64,000 bases of DNA. It comes from Oikopleura dioica. Lineage: Eukaryota > Animalia > Chordata. Of the stretch, positions 1 to 11,359 are shown one piece after another; the stretch's first letter is position 1, and each line of letters begins with the position of its first letter. The translations under genes were made by a program, and so were the position numbers. The stretch covers positions 806,001 through 870,000 of the forward strand of contig OU015568.1 in NCBI GenBank assembly GCA_907165135.1. Direction: 5' to 3'. A model generated the notes under the pieces. The model was not told where the DNA came from and ran no database searches. It saw only the letters and a program-made list of their open reading frames with translations.

Positions 1-2
1 TC

Positions 3-1237
3 CTCGAAGTTGCCTTGATTGGACTCTCCGTTCTTGCAGCTGAGTTCTCCCTGACGCCAATCTGCTCTCTCGATGGTGAACCGGCCTTCTATTTTGATCA
101 TAGGGCGCGGTTTCATGATGGATTGATCCTCAGCGGTGGCAACGGTGGTCTCAAGCGAGGTGCTTCATTTCTCGCAGCTCTACTTTGTGGCTGTCGCCCG
201 TCCACCGATGCTGATCCGTCAACGATTCGTGATGGTGCTTCCGGTTCTGGAACAAGCAAGGAAGTGTCGGCTCCGAAGTGCTACTACGATGCAACTACTG
301 GACGCCGATTCCCGCCCGTTCCGTCGTTGACTGGACTTCGTCCTGGCGAGTCCGTTGTGGCCCCGTACCAGTCCAAGTTCGTGCGATCCACCGCTTTCTC
401 CGACGAAGCCGAACCTATTCGTCATGTTGGCATGACTGGCTACTCCTTGAAACGACTTGACGGTGGTGAGTCTTCCAGTCGAATTCTTCTTGAGTTCCTC
501 GACTCACTTATGTTCGTGAGTTTGAAGGTGAGTCGACCCTCTCTGTACTTCATTTCGTGACTTGTGATCTATTTAGCAACCGGAGCCGCTGTGTACGCCA
601 CTGTGAAGCATTTGCAGCAGAAGGGATCGTACTCGATGGGTGAAAGAACTTCCAACCGCTTCCCATATCGTAAGTCGATGAAGACTAGTGGGATGAAACC
701 CATTGAATCTTGAATTCAGAGCTTCTTCCTGCTAGTTTCCAGGAGTGGTACGCGGCTGGAGCTCATTGTAAGTACTATGGAGGTACAACTCGCGACGTTG
801 TCGACACGATTCTCGGTATGTTATCCGATGCCGAACGTCTGACTCTCCACGGTGGTGAATGTCTCTTCCCCTTGTTTCGAGGTCGAGAGGTAAATGTTTC
901 TGGTAAGTGTAGTTTGTTGGTGATTTGATGTTTTACATGATTTGTACTTGATCCGTTGGTTTTTCATCTTGTTTTAGTTCACTTCGGACGCCGTGCTACG
1001 TTCGCCAGGAGCTCGACTCGCGGCTTGTGTCACCGCTACGCTTCGGGGCTTGCCAAGTATCAACTCGACGAACGTGGTGATCCTGTCGGTCTCAATGAAG
1101 AGGAGCGTGAAGCTCTGCTACGACGTATTGATGCTGATAAAGCCTCAGCTCTTGTCCCTCTGGCGAATCCAGCCGGAGAAACTGGAGGAACTGTTGAATC
1201 CTCGACTGCTGAAGATGATTCGAACTTGGCCGATTGA
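3..1237 (+). CDS. Four-exon gene of unknown family (5' end outside window), antisense to and convergent with retrotransposon pol
   Basis: Exons <3-465, 577-669, 720-902 and 978-1237. Three phase-1 GT-AG introns (466-576 gtgagt..tttag, 670-719 gtaagt..ttcag, 903-977 gtaagt..tttag) join the frames into one ORF ending ...EDDSNLAD*. AATAAA at 1483-1488. Confidence 0.75.
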
Positions 1238-1506
1238 GCATTATGCTCAGTACTCCGACCTCATCCAACGTAAGTTTTATTGTACGTCGTAGCAAGTTGA
1301 CAACGGAGTTTGTAGTGATGGTGTCCTCAACTGGTTTTCACCCAACTTACGACTGTTCCATCTCTACAGAAACTACCACGGCGGCGGCGAAGAAGCAAGA
1401 TGAAGAAAAAAATTTGAAGAGAACTGTTCCTACTCTGTAGTTCCATGTACCAACGCTTGATCGAGTTCCAAACTGCAGGCGTAATAAATTTACCCGTCGT
1501 GGCCAC

Positions 1507-4500
1507 TTACATGTAATCTTCACTTCTGTAGCGATCTGGTTCTCTTCTTGTCCTTGAGCTTGTGCGGATCTTTAGTTTATCAAGATCCGACTCATTTAAC
1601 GCAGAAGAAGATGCTACAGAGTGGAACGAGCAATCCTCGCTCGACTCGTTGTTTTGTACAGTTTCGTCTGTCTCGTTTAGATCTGTTTCTGGTGAAGCTG
1701 TCCACACTCCCGTGTCTCCTGTTGTTAGTAACCGGCTCACGATGTTGTTCGAACACCAAAGCCCGAATGAGGATTTCAGCGTCTTCGACGGAGTTGATTG
1801 CTTCGGTGAAACTTCAATTTCTGGTGCTGGCGTCGGTGGTAATGTCGATTTCGGCCCGAGGGAGATTGCTGAGTCATCGAGAAGGTCGATTCGATGAGCT
1901 CTTGGTCCCAGATGGTTCTCGTCGGCTTCTTCCCATACTGACACGTCTTCAGGTTGCATCAGCCACAATCTAGCCATCGGATTCGACAGTAAGTTATCGC
2001 TGACTTTGCGGACCGTGTCTGACACGATTGTGTCAATGATGTCGAAGGATATTTCTCGGGGTTTGACGTCGTTCTTGGCGTTGAACTTTCTAGCGAGGCA
2101 CGTGCGACTCTTCCAGTTTATCTCGACTACTTTCCATAATCTGTCGTAGTCTTGCTTGTCCCATCTCGTGCTTAGCCTGATGATATCACCTATTTTTAGA
2201 ACTTGTTCGTCTTTCTCCGCCAGCTTCTTGTCGTCAACGATCTTCAAGGGCTTGTTTTTCAACTTCTTCGCCGCGTTCCTTGAATCAGCTGAAGTTCTTC
2301 GCCCTTCTCTCTTTCTCGATCTGAGAGACGAGGTCGTCTACGCTCATCCTGATGTTATCCTGCGTGCCGATCTTTCTACCCGTGAATAGTTCGACCGGGG
2401 CAAGCTTGCCGTGCCCCAGCGTGTGGTTGTACGAAGCGATGGCGTTCTGTACAGCTTGTGGAAGTTCCAATGATCTGTCGTTCAGCTGAGCGTTCAACAA
2501 CTTGCTCAAGACTGCTATTCTTCCGTCTTGTTCTGGAATGATGTTTTTGCTCATGTGCGTACTCTCGTACAGCTCGACTTCCATGTTCAGCTTCGCCAGT
2601 CTCGACTTCGTTTCTGCGCTTCGATGAGCTGCATGTTTGTCACATCTAATGATGATTCTCGTGGACTTGCTCTGTAGTGGCGCTAGAAGTTGCTTCACTA
2701 GGGTCATGAAATCGACGAAGTTTCCTGTGTTCACGCTGCTTCTGTCGGCCAGTGCTACGCCGAAGCGTGTGATACCCTCGGTTGCGAAATACAACTTGAA
2801 GGGCTGGTTGTTCCTGTCCGTCCTGTTGATTTCGTCCACCAGTATCAGCTCTCCGATCCTTTTAGGCACTGGAACTGCCTTCAGAGGCTGTGCAACCAGA
2901 TTGTCTGGTTTCTTCATCAGGCTGCACTTGTAACAAGATGTTGTGAACCTCAGCGCGTGCGTCTTTATGTTGGATATCTCGAAGATCTTCCTTGTTTTAT
3001 CGGCTAGCTGTGTTGGAGATTGGCAAGTCGTGGCGTTGTGAACCATTCTACACATCTTTACAGCGTGAGGCTCTGGTATTATCACCAAGTCGTATTCTTC
3101 CGTTCCGATCCACTTTTTCATCCGCAGATGGTTGTTGACGATCCTGGCTTTTCTGCATAACGTCGCCAGTTTCATCTTTTTCGGAGGAGGATTGAGCTTC
3201 TTCTCGATGTGTCTCAACGCTTGCTTCAGGACTGGATCCGTTTCTTGGATTTTCCTGATTGCTCCGCCGTCCTTCAAGAATTCCTCCAGCGATCTCGGCT
3301 TCCGCTTCGACGTTACGTAGCAGACTTTCTCGAAGGCTTCCTTCTCGTAGTCAACTTCATCTACCCAAGAATCTGTCATGTTCCATGCTACATCTTTCAT
3401 GCTTTCGTCGAATTGGTGAACTTGGATTCTTCTGACCGCTTGGTAGTTCTTCAACTTGCTGACCTGTGTGTCGATTTCTTCTAGCTGCTTTTCCGACACG
3501 AATGGTACTTCGTTAGAGCTGGGTGTTCTTGCGATTTTGCAGATCTGGCAATCGTCGTTGCAGTCTTGCATGTGACTCTTGCTTCTCGATATGAAGTCGC
3601 ACCCAGATATTTCGATGGACTTTCCTGGAAGGTGAACAACTGTTACTTGAAGTCCGATGATGCTGCGAAACAGGTTGTTTATGGTCACGATGTCGGATGG
3701 ACATCTATTCTCGGCCCACCTCTTCGCGATACAGTATAATGGTCTCGAGTCCGTGTACACTACTGTAGGCCATTTCGACTCGATGATATACCTTCTCCAG
3801 TAGGTTAACGCGCCTATCATCCCTGCCGTTTCAAGCATGCAGCTGCTCGCCTTGAACTTTCGTTCTGCGTCTGGGCGTTTTCTCGAGTAGAACTCGCAGA
3901 CTACGTTCTTGCCGTTCTCGTCCTTCTGGAACAGTATCGCGCCGCATCCGTCTGCTGATGAGTCTACCACGATGTACGCCTTTTTCTTCGCGTCGAATGG
4001 AGTTAGTTCCATCAACTTGTCCATTGATTTCTTGGCTAGTTCAAGTGCTTCTTCACTTTCTTCCGTCCAGTTGATCTTGACTTTGCCGTCGCCGTCAAGC
4101 AGCTTTCTTAGTGGCACCAGGTACTCCGTTGGTCTGTTCTGGAACTTCGACAGTGGAACAAGTAGGCCCAAGAAACTTCTCAACTCGCTGACGGTGGTGA
4201 TCTTCTCTCTCGAATACTGGCGGATTTTGTCTGCTTGATGAGGGCTTGGGTAGATCTTGCCGTCTTTTATCACGCTTCCCAAGAAATTCATGCGTTCAGG
4301 ACAAACGAAGATCTTGCTTCCTTTCAGCGTGAGCCCGTAGTATTTGCATATGTCGAGAAATCTTGAGATCACCTTCACGAACTCATCTTCCGTTTCTGCA
4401 ACTAGATGAATATCGTCTGCATACCTCAAGCACCATTTCTCGATCGGGCTGAAAATCCTCAAGAATGCTTCGCGCATGAATCCCATCGAGGCGATCCATC

Positions 4501-5650
4501 CTTGCGTGCATCTTGTATACACCATTACGCCTTGGCGCGGGTGATATACGCCGAACCATTTCCACAGGTCTTGGTTCATCGGTAGTTGGAAAAACGCGTT
4601 GCTGACGTCGCACTTCATCGAATACTTGAACTTTGACGCCTTCGCCGCTTTCTGAAGAATGTCATGGAGATCGTCCGTTACCATCGGCGGTGTTTTGCTC
4701 CATTTGTTGACCGTGTTGTGCGCTTGTGTGACGATTCTGGCGCTCTGTGCCAGTGGAATTGCGTTCCCATCATCGTCTTTCTTGGACACAACCATCAGCG
4801 GTATGATGTTACGTGGTCTTATGCCGTATTCGTCGGGGAACACCAGTATCTTGTCCCTGTACAGCTCGTCGAGATGGTCACAGATCACGTCCTTTTTCTC
4901 TTCGGACTGCTTTTCGTGCTTTCTTCTTGGACCGATGTTCTCCTCCTTGATTTCAACGTTCATTTCAGCGTTTATGTTGAAGTTTTTGTTGAGGCATCCG
5001 ATCCTTTTCTTGAACACGACTGCGTACTCATCGCTCTTGAAGACTGACCACAATCTCTTCGCTGAAGCTTCGCCTACATCTCCCATTGTTATATCATCAA
5101 CCGTGGTAGAATTCTCGGCTTTTTGGCGCATCTTTTCGATCTTCGCCTTGTAGATCTTCCTCGAATCTGGTTCGAATTTGGTCTTGTCCAATTCATCTGC
5201 TTCTCCAATCTTCCACACCTCCTCGGTACCGTAGAAGACTTTGCCAGCATCGTTAAACGTGACCGACTTCTCCACAAGATTGACGATGGTTTTCCCCTTC
5301 AGATGTGGGAGGCCCATCAGCAGACCTTGTAGATTTTCGATGACTACAGCTCCTTCGATCCAAACTCGTTTGTTGTTTATCACGATCGCGAAGCTGGCCA
5401 CCTTGTTTCTGTTGAAATTGTCGAATACGCCGAGTCTTTTCCCGGCGGCGCATCTTATGTTCCTGCTCTCCCATCTGAACAGGTGCTTTATCTTCTTTAG
5501 TGGTTCCAGCCCGATACATGTACATTCAGCGCCAGTATCGAGCTGTACGTGCAGAGGAACGAGGCCTTCGTCATTACCAGATTCTGCTTGAGTCCAGAAC
5601 ATTGGGATGTCCTTCTTGTCTGTCGCAGTAATCTGGTTGACGCTTTCTAG
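1507..5650 (-). CDS. pol: Pol polyprotein (protease, RT, RNase H, integrase) with a +1 frame break near 2290-2335
   Basis: Protease LDTGA; RT motifs KCDVSNAFFQ and YADD; RNase H VDSS...LETAG...YTDS; integrase CYKC, LVD and RCD-X35-E. The integrase C-terminal segment (KIGDIIRL...WKVVEI) continues in ORF 1507-2262. Confidence 0.95.
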
Positions 5651-7111
5651 TCAACTCAACTGCCACATTCCAGCTCCTCCGTTTTCTGATGCCGAATCGC
5701 TGGAGCGCTGTTCATGGACTTGTCCGACTTGTTCCTCTTTCTTGTGCATCGTTCTTATCATCTTCAACGCCTTCTTTCTATAAGGGCAGTCGTAGGGCTT
5801 GTGATCGTACACGTTCCATTTTCTGATGGCTACTTTGCAGTGCCAACATGGAGTGCTTTCTTTCTTGGAGCCGGCTGAGTCCTTGTTGTCCTCATTGCCG
5901 TCCTTTGGCTGCTTCTTCGCGCGATCGCTGTCATCTCGACCGTTGGAATATCGACCTCCGCGACCACCGCCGCGACCTCTGCCGCCGCCTCCGCCTCTTT
6001 TCGACCCTTTTGACTTATCACCGATCTTCGCTACCAATTCCTCGTTTTGATCGTGATCACCACTTTCTTCAGTTATCTTCTTGACCGTTGCGATTCGCTT
6101 CGGGCATCTCCTGATTTCCGCGGCTGCGATTTCTTGGTAGATCTTGGCGTTCTTGAAGAATTCAACTGGAGTCGACGTCTTCCCCGTTTTTTTGTGGAAT
6201 TCGTCTTCAATTTTCTCGATTGTTCTAGCGTCCACCGTGATCAGCGCACAGCACGTTGCAATCCTTGACAAGATCTGGGTCTCAGCTTCTTTCTCGCTCA
6301 ACGTTTTCTTTGAGCCGATGGCGTTGTTTCCTGATATCTTGTCCGTCCCCTCTGACTTACAGAGGTTCTTTTTGAACTCCGTGAAGAACGCTCTAGTCAT
6401 CGTGGTGAAGTTCAACCTGCTGCTGTTGATAGCCATCATATTGCGGAGGGACTCCATAGTTGTGACCATGTTCCTTCCTGTATTCAAGCATGCTGCGCTG
6501 TCGTTGTGAACGACGGTGTTGGTGAAGTGTTCAAGTGAGTAGAATTGACCTCCTTCCGCTACAGCATCCCGGAGTACTCTTATCTCACCTTCACTCCCGT
6601 TTAGTAGAGCCAACATGGCTTCCCGCGCTAGGCGAGCCGCCTCTCGAAACTTGTCTGCGGTGCTCTTCTTGGCGTTCTTGATCTTTTCGAAGAAGTGCGA
6701 TGATTTCTTGGCTGCTTCTTTCTTCGCTTCTTCGGATGATATTCCTGGATCCCTGACTTCTAGCCAGTTCCTGGTTTCCAGTACGTACGCTCCATTCGTC
6801 ACGAATTTTAAGTAGCCGCTGTCATCGTCCTCTACGTCGTCTAAGTCCTGCAGGACTTTCTCGCTGACCATTTTCTCGAGTTCCGTCATCGAAACTGGGA
6901 TCCCGTAGCTTGGTAGAACTGCACCGCTCGTGTCATCCGTCGACCATAACCACCGGCTGTTGGTAATCATGTCTCCCGGAACTTCCGCGGTTCCTGCACT
7001 TCTCATTACTGCGATGATCTTGTCCTTCAGACGGTTCCTATTTGCTAGATCGCGAGGTTCAATCATGCCACTTCCCGCGGCGATTATCGAGCTTAGGTTC
7101 TTGCTTGTCAT
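5651..7111 (-). CDS. gag: Gag-like protein, 486 aa
   Basis: Long ORF directly upstream of and in frame with pol; RGG-rich segment and C-terminal CWHC-X11-H-X4-C knuckle. Confidence 0.9.
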   Translation of the reverse strand: MTSKNLSSIIAAGSGMIEPRDLANRNRLKDKIIAVMRSAGTAEVPGDMITNSRWLWSTDDTSGAVLPSYGIPVSMTELEKMVSEKVLQDLDDVEDDDSGYLKFVTNGAYVLETRNWLEVRDPGISSEEAKKEAAKKSSHFFEKIKNAKKSTADKFREAARLAREAMLALLNGSEGEIRVLRDAVAEGGQFYSLEHFTNTVVHNDSAACLNTGRNMVTTMESLRNMMAINSSRLNFTTMTRAFFTEFKKNLCKSEGTDKISGNNAIGSKKTLSEKEAETQILSRIATCCALITVDARTIEKIEDEFHKKTGKTSTPVEFFKNAKIYQEIAAAEIRRCPKRIATVKKITEESGDHDQNEELVAKIGDKSKGSKRGGGGGRGRGGGRGGRYSNGRDDSDRAKKQPKDGNEDNKDSAGSKKESTPCWHCKVAIRKWNVYDHKPYDCPYRKKALKMIRTMHKKEEQVGQVHEQRSSDSASENGGAGMWQLS

Positions 7112-7147
7112 GTTCTTCGGGGTAGTTCAACTTTACTCGTGAGTTCA

Positions 7148-7165
7148 GACCTTTATCAGTCACCA
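7148..7165 (-). promoter_or_regulatory. Putative primer-binding site (TGGTGACTGAT..., tRNA-Trp-type)
   Basis: TGGTGAC lies 54 nt upstream of the gag ATG and is complementary to the ...GUCACCA 3' end typical of tRNA-Trp. The adjacent LTR end is not a clear CA. Confidence 0.4.
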
Positions 7166-7770
7166 CAAAGTGGTTCAAATAACTTGCAAAAGGCTCACTT
7201 CCTAAGCTAGAAGACCTGCTGAAAGAAGACAACAATTTTGTAGTTGCCAGAGCCAAAGAGCACCTGGACTTCAAACATGTTATGAACAGAACTTGAAAAA
7301 GAAGCTCACCTGTGGGTTGACTCTCTTGGAATGAGGTCGTCAACTCCACAGGCAAGATGCACAGCTTGATAAACAAGGGCGCCAAACGCGAGACTTCAAC
7401 CGAATTCGATCTTCGCTTGATTTCGTCGCTGAACTCTCGTGAAGGGTCGAATATGCGGGTCGCGTAATAAAAATTTGCAACTCTGGTTCAAAAGGCTCGC
7501 AATGAAGTCGAGGAAACAAATGAACCAAACCAATGAGTATTCGTAGAAGACATTTTTGCGTTTGACTTTTTTTGCAAAGCACAAAAAGATGCAAAGCATC
7601 AATGTGTTGTAGGAAATCCAAAGGGAACCGGTTACAAAAGAACCCATAAGATCGCGGTTTCCACTGCAGAAATCATCAGGCCAGATGTGATCTTCATGAT
7701 ATCTAAGAGATTTCTCTTTCATTTCGATTTCAGGCGCAATAGAGACGACGAATAGAGACGAGAGAGAGTT
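7166..7770 (-). repeat. Probable 5' LTR/leader region of the retrotransposon (limits unresolved)
   Basis: Position upstream of the putative PBS and composition shift to host-like sequence near 7770; no second LTR in the window to compare. Confidence 0.3.
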
Positions 7771-8033
7771 TATAATAACTTGCCATTTAATATTTACAAA
7801 AGAATGATTTACAAAACCGATTTTACAACTGGATGACTTTCAATTTGATATTCAACACTGTCTTACATTTTCAATCGTAGGAATTCTTATGAAGCTTCAT
7901 AAGTTAGTAGATTAAAACTTAGGCAAAGGATAAAAATTACAATAAGAAAGTGTATTCAACAGACAAATTTATTGAGAAAATGTCAAAGAATAAAGTCAAA
8001 AAATAAGTAAAGAATGATGTCACAATTTTCGTC

Positions 8034-8459
8034 TCAGTGTTCGCAATGAATGTCTCCACCGTCAATTTTCATCCCGATGTAGACACCATGTTTGCACACT
8101 GTCTGCGCTTTTCCGTCCATTTTCATGTGAGTGCCGTCGTCCTCCTCCTTGATTTCAGTTATCAAAAATCCAGATTACGATTGAATTTACCTTGAGCTGG
8201 CACTGCTTGTTTTCTGGATAGTAAGTGACACAGTCGCAATGTGACTGAAGGGCGCACTGTCCGATACAGTCATCGATGGTCGGAGCGTGAATGTGACATT
8301 TTCGAGTCTCGATTTTGCTCGATTTCTGGCTCGGAAGCGCTAGAATTTCAATTTTCAAGGCGTATCGAAAAACATAAAAACCATAACACAAGAAACTTTG
8401 AACTGCTGTAATTTACCTTGGGATAAAGCAGCAAGTAAAGAAAATCTCAAAATTTTCAT
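8034..8459 (-). CDS. Small secreted PAN/apple-like domain protein (3 exons, ~100 aa)
   Basis: Signal peptide MKILRFSLLAALSQA; Cys pattern DCIGQCALQSHCDCVTYYPENKQCQLK; two GT-AG introns. Confidence 0.75.
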
Positions 8460-8776
8460 GGATCAAGTGAACTCTTCGTTGATATCTTCGGTCGCAAAAA
8501 TTTTATACTTTCGAAAGTTGTTTTCGAATGCAAAAATGACCTCTTCTTAAATAGTAGGGCGATTCATTACTGAGTAAATTTTACGAAACGACCCACTTCC
8601 CGTGAGCAATCGACAAATTTATTGATGAGTTTACTCGTCTAGGAAATCGGCCAGAAGCAACTTGAGCTTTTTCTTGTACTGTAATGAATACAGTATCTTT
8701 TCTCTTCATTTTAACTCTAAGAAGGCATGAAAAACCGAAAGACTCGACATTTGTTTTGCAATTTTCTGAGTCTTAA

Positions 8777-9436
8777 GGGTACGGGTATCGATTTTGAAAA
8801 GGGGTTTATATTGCCCGTAAGACATTTATTTTGTCTTTCATTGAATTCTAGGCAAAATTTGAGGCATTTTTGTAATAGATTCTAAGCTGCGATCATTCGT
8901 CGTTTTCAAGATATGAGCGCTAGAAATTTGATCGAAAAAAAAATTTTTGGCTTCAATTTTTATCAATGAGGCCTCTTTATAAAGCTTAGAGCACGAGAAA
9001 CATTATGGTGGTCTTGGATTTACTTGAAACATGATACTTTGGATTCTAGAGCCAAAAACGTGAATCTAACTTTCAAAAAATGCATAAATCGCCGAAATCA
9101 ATTTTTCAAAAAATTATTTTCGATATAAAAGTTATTTCACTCGTTATAAGCTACTGACAAAATTAAGATAAAGGTCCGATCTTTCATACAAAAATATAAA
9201 ATATGCATGTTTACAGGCTACTTTACTCGGAATACGCTCAGTTTTCGGGCGAATTTCGACCGAGATCAAAATTTTGAGGCGAAATTTTCTTAAAAAAATC
9301 TTAGAGGAAGATAATTTCCTTCTGACAAAATTAAGATCTAGGATAGTTCTTTATCTGAAAATGATTAGAAACCATCCACCATTTACAGGTTGTCAGGAAT
9401 ACGGCCTCAAACGTAGCCTGATCGATACCCGTAGCC
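8777..9436. mobile_element. Non-autonomous DNA transposon, 660 bp, flanked by TTAA
   Basis: TTAA|GGGTACGGGTATCGAT ... ATCGATACCCGTAGCC|TTAA; 15 of 16 terminal bases pair. Confidence 0.75.
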
Positions 9437-10051
9437 TTAATGACCTTAATTCTTTGAATAATCATTTCACATCGATTCTTACAGTAACGAGACGGTCAAA
9501 TATTGCGAAATACAGTCAGATTCTTCTGAAACGACCTTTCCGAAAGCGAAAATTAATGACTCGGCTTTTGAAATCTTCTTGTTTTTCCTTTTCTGGAAAG
9601 ACAAAGTTTTAACTCGTGGAAAAATTCATCAGCTTCTGTCATTGAAAGCTGTCATAACTCGCAAAACGGCTCGTATTTTATCTTAAATTTTTCCATGGAA
9701 AGCAATTTCGGCCTCGGAGGAGGTGGGGAGCTACGTTCGTCGAATCGTGAAATTTGAACTTTGAAGCTATAAATTCACCTAAATCGTGATCTCTCACCGT
9801 AAAAATCGCTCTTATAGATAAGTGGCCTTTAGAAAAGAATGTTCAGCGATAAACTAAATTTCCTGGATGCTGAGTTTAGTCTGGAATGGTCACAAGTTCA
9901 ACGATCGAGTTCAAAAAACTCATCGTTGCGCAATTTTCTTGCTGAAAGCGAGTAAGAATTTTCAGTGCAAAGATAGCTTTTTTGTGAATAATATGAATTT
10001 TTTATTGAAAAATCGAATAAAAGAAAAATAAAAAAGAAAACTTTCAGAAGG

Positions 10052-11359
10052 TTACTTTCTGCGTAAGAATACTTCAAGTAGACCAGGGTTGTCCTTTTGC
10101 GGATGGAACTTGAAGTCGTTTTCAGTAAGGTATCTCTCAACAGATTTGCGTAGTTTCGCTAGAATAATAAATAAACAAGATTGAGATGATTGAACGAGAA
10201 ATCACCTTTATTGCCTTTCGAATGTCTCCCTGGTCAGTTATTATGAAAATCTGACTGTAATGCCCTTGAGCGGTGACTTCTGCGATGAACTGCTCGAGTT
10301 TCTTGATGGCTTCATCTCGGTGCAAATTGTGGAAGTCAACATAATTATCTGATGAAGTTCCAGCAAAGCGCTCGTTATTCTTCCTGAAGAAATATTCTGC
10401 CTCTTTTTTTCGCGCTTCTTTTTTTCGCGCCTCTTTTTTTCGCGCCTCTTGCCAGAAATCTTCTTCAGAGTCCGGAGATTCGCTTGTAGATTCCGTCTCT
10501 TTCGTCCAGGCAGGAGTGCTTGCTTGTTTTTCATTAAATAAAAGCGGTTGTAGAATTTGTTGAGCGGTTTGTCTGTAGTCGTTCTTGTTCTCACGGAGAT
10601 ATTTTGGCAGATGTGCTGCCTCTGCGGGAGTTGGCGGTGGTCACGAAGGATGGTGTATCCTTGGTGTCTGTCCAATGCTTCGACTCGAAGTGACAATGAA
10701 ATATTTGAATCTTCCACGTTTTTAATCAATAAAAAAGTTAAATGAAGATCCTTTCATTTTTCTTGGAGATCTCCAAACGGAAAAGAGCCAAGAGAGAAGA
10801 ACTCAGAAATTGTACAATCGAATCGATAATTGAAAATTCGGTGAAAGTTTCATTAGGAATGATTAGCTCTTTGGCTATCGAAGAAAATTCATATCACATC
10901 TCGAAACGAATATTTTCCGCGAATGCCCTGCTCGATGCCCTGATGAGGCTGATTTACAGTGTAGATTACAGTTCCCTATACCACCAGGTAACGATTGATC
11001 TCTATGCATGTGCGCGCAGCCGTTTCTTTTTCAATCTTGGCCTATATATGCCCTACTCACCTTCCGGAGCCTCTCTTCTAGTTGCTCTTTCGGCATATTC
11101 GGGAAACGTTTCTGTAGCTTGATAAGACTCAACTTTGTCGAGTAGTTCCGCATCTCTGCTTCTTGAAACGCCAAGGCTAGCTCCTGGTCTCTCAATTCTT
11201 GTGTTGTCATCGTTGTCCCTGTATCCGCATCTCCAGAAGAGGAGGGACGAGACCCTATTATTTCTGAAAATTCAACCGTCAAAATCTACGCAAAAGAATG
11301 AGTGAGCTAGAAAAATACTCACTTTTATTCGAGGACCCCGCGTTGATTTTAGACGCCAT
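10052..11359 (-). CDS. Smr-domain protein (N4BP2/Cue2-like architecture), multi-exon
   Basis: C-terminal YVDFHNLHRDEAIKKLEQFI...IITDQG...KLRKSVERYL is an Smr motif; a CUE-like segment (LQKRFPNMPKEQLEERL) lies upstream. Confidence 0.75.

Larger units (their letters stand above)
1..7165 (-). mobile_element. Ty3/Gypsy LTR retrotransposon internal region (Tor-like); the 3' LTR is presumably outside the window
   Basis: gag followed by PR-RT-RNaseH-IN in Gypsy order; visibly more GC-rich than the AT-rich host flank. Boundaries are approximate because only one end is visible. Confidence 0.9.

Noticed and set aside
1-1506. Sense-strand env-like ORF downstream of pol
   Set aside because: Only 67-68-aa minus-strand ORFs exist here; an env could still lie beyond the window start.
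2500-2800. Apparent loss of the integrase catalytic Glu (DGRIA where NGxxE is usual)
   Set aside because: Counting from the second Asp (RCD), the Glu of IIPEQ falls exactly at D-X35-E, so the triad looks intact.
1548-6815. Numerous plus-strand ORFs overlapping gag-pol
   Set aside because: They are shadow ORFs of a GC-rich coding strand, with no motifs or splice support.
7377-7384. Alternative PBS TGGCGCCC (tRNA-Lys-like)
   Set aside because: Only an 8-nt match, not preceded by a CA LTR end; cannot be excluded without the second LTR.
10405-10455. 15-bp triple repeat (EARKK x3) in the Smr gene
   Set aside because: In-frame slippage within a charged helix; no further significance evident.
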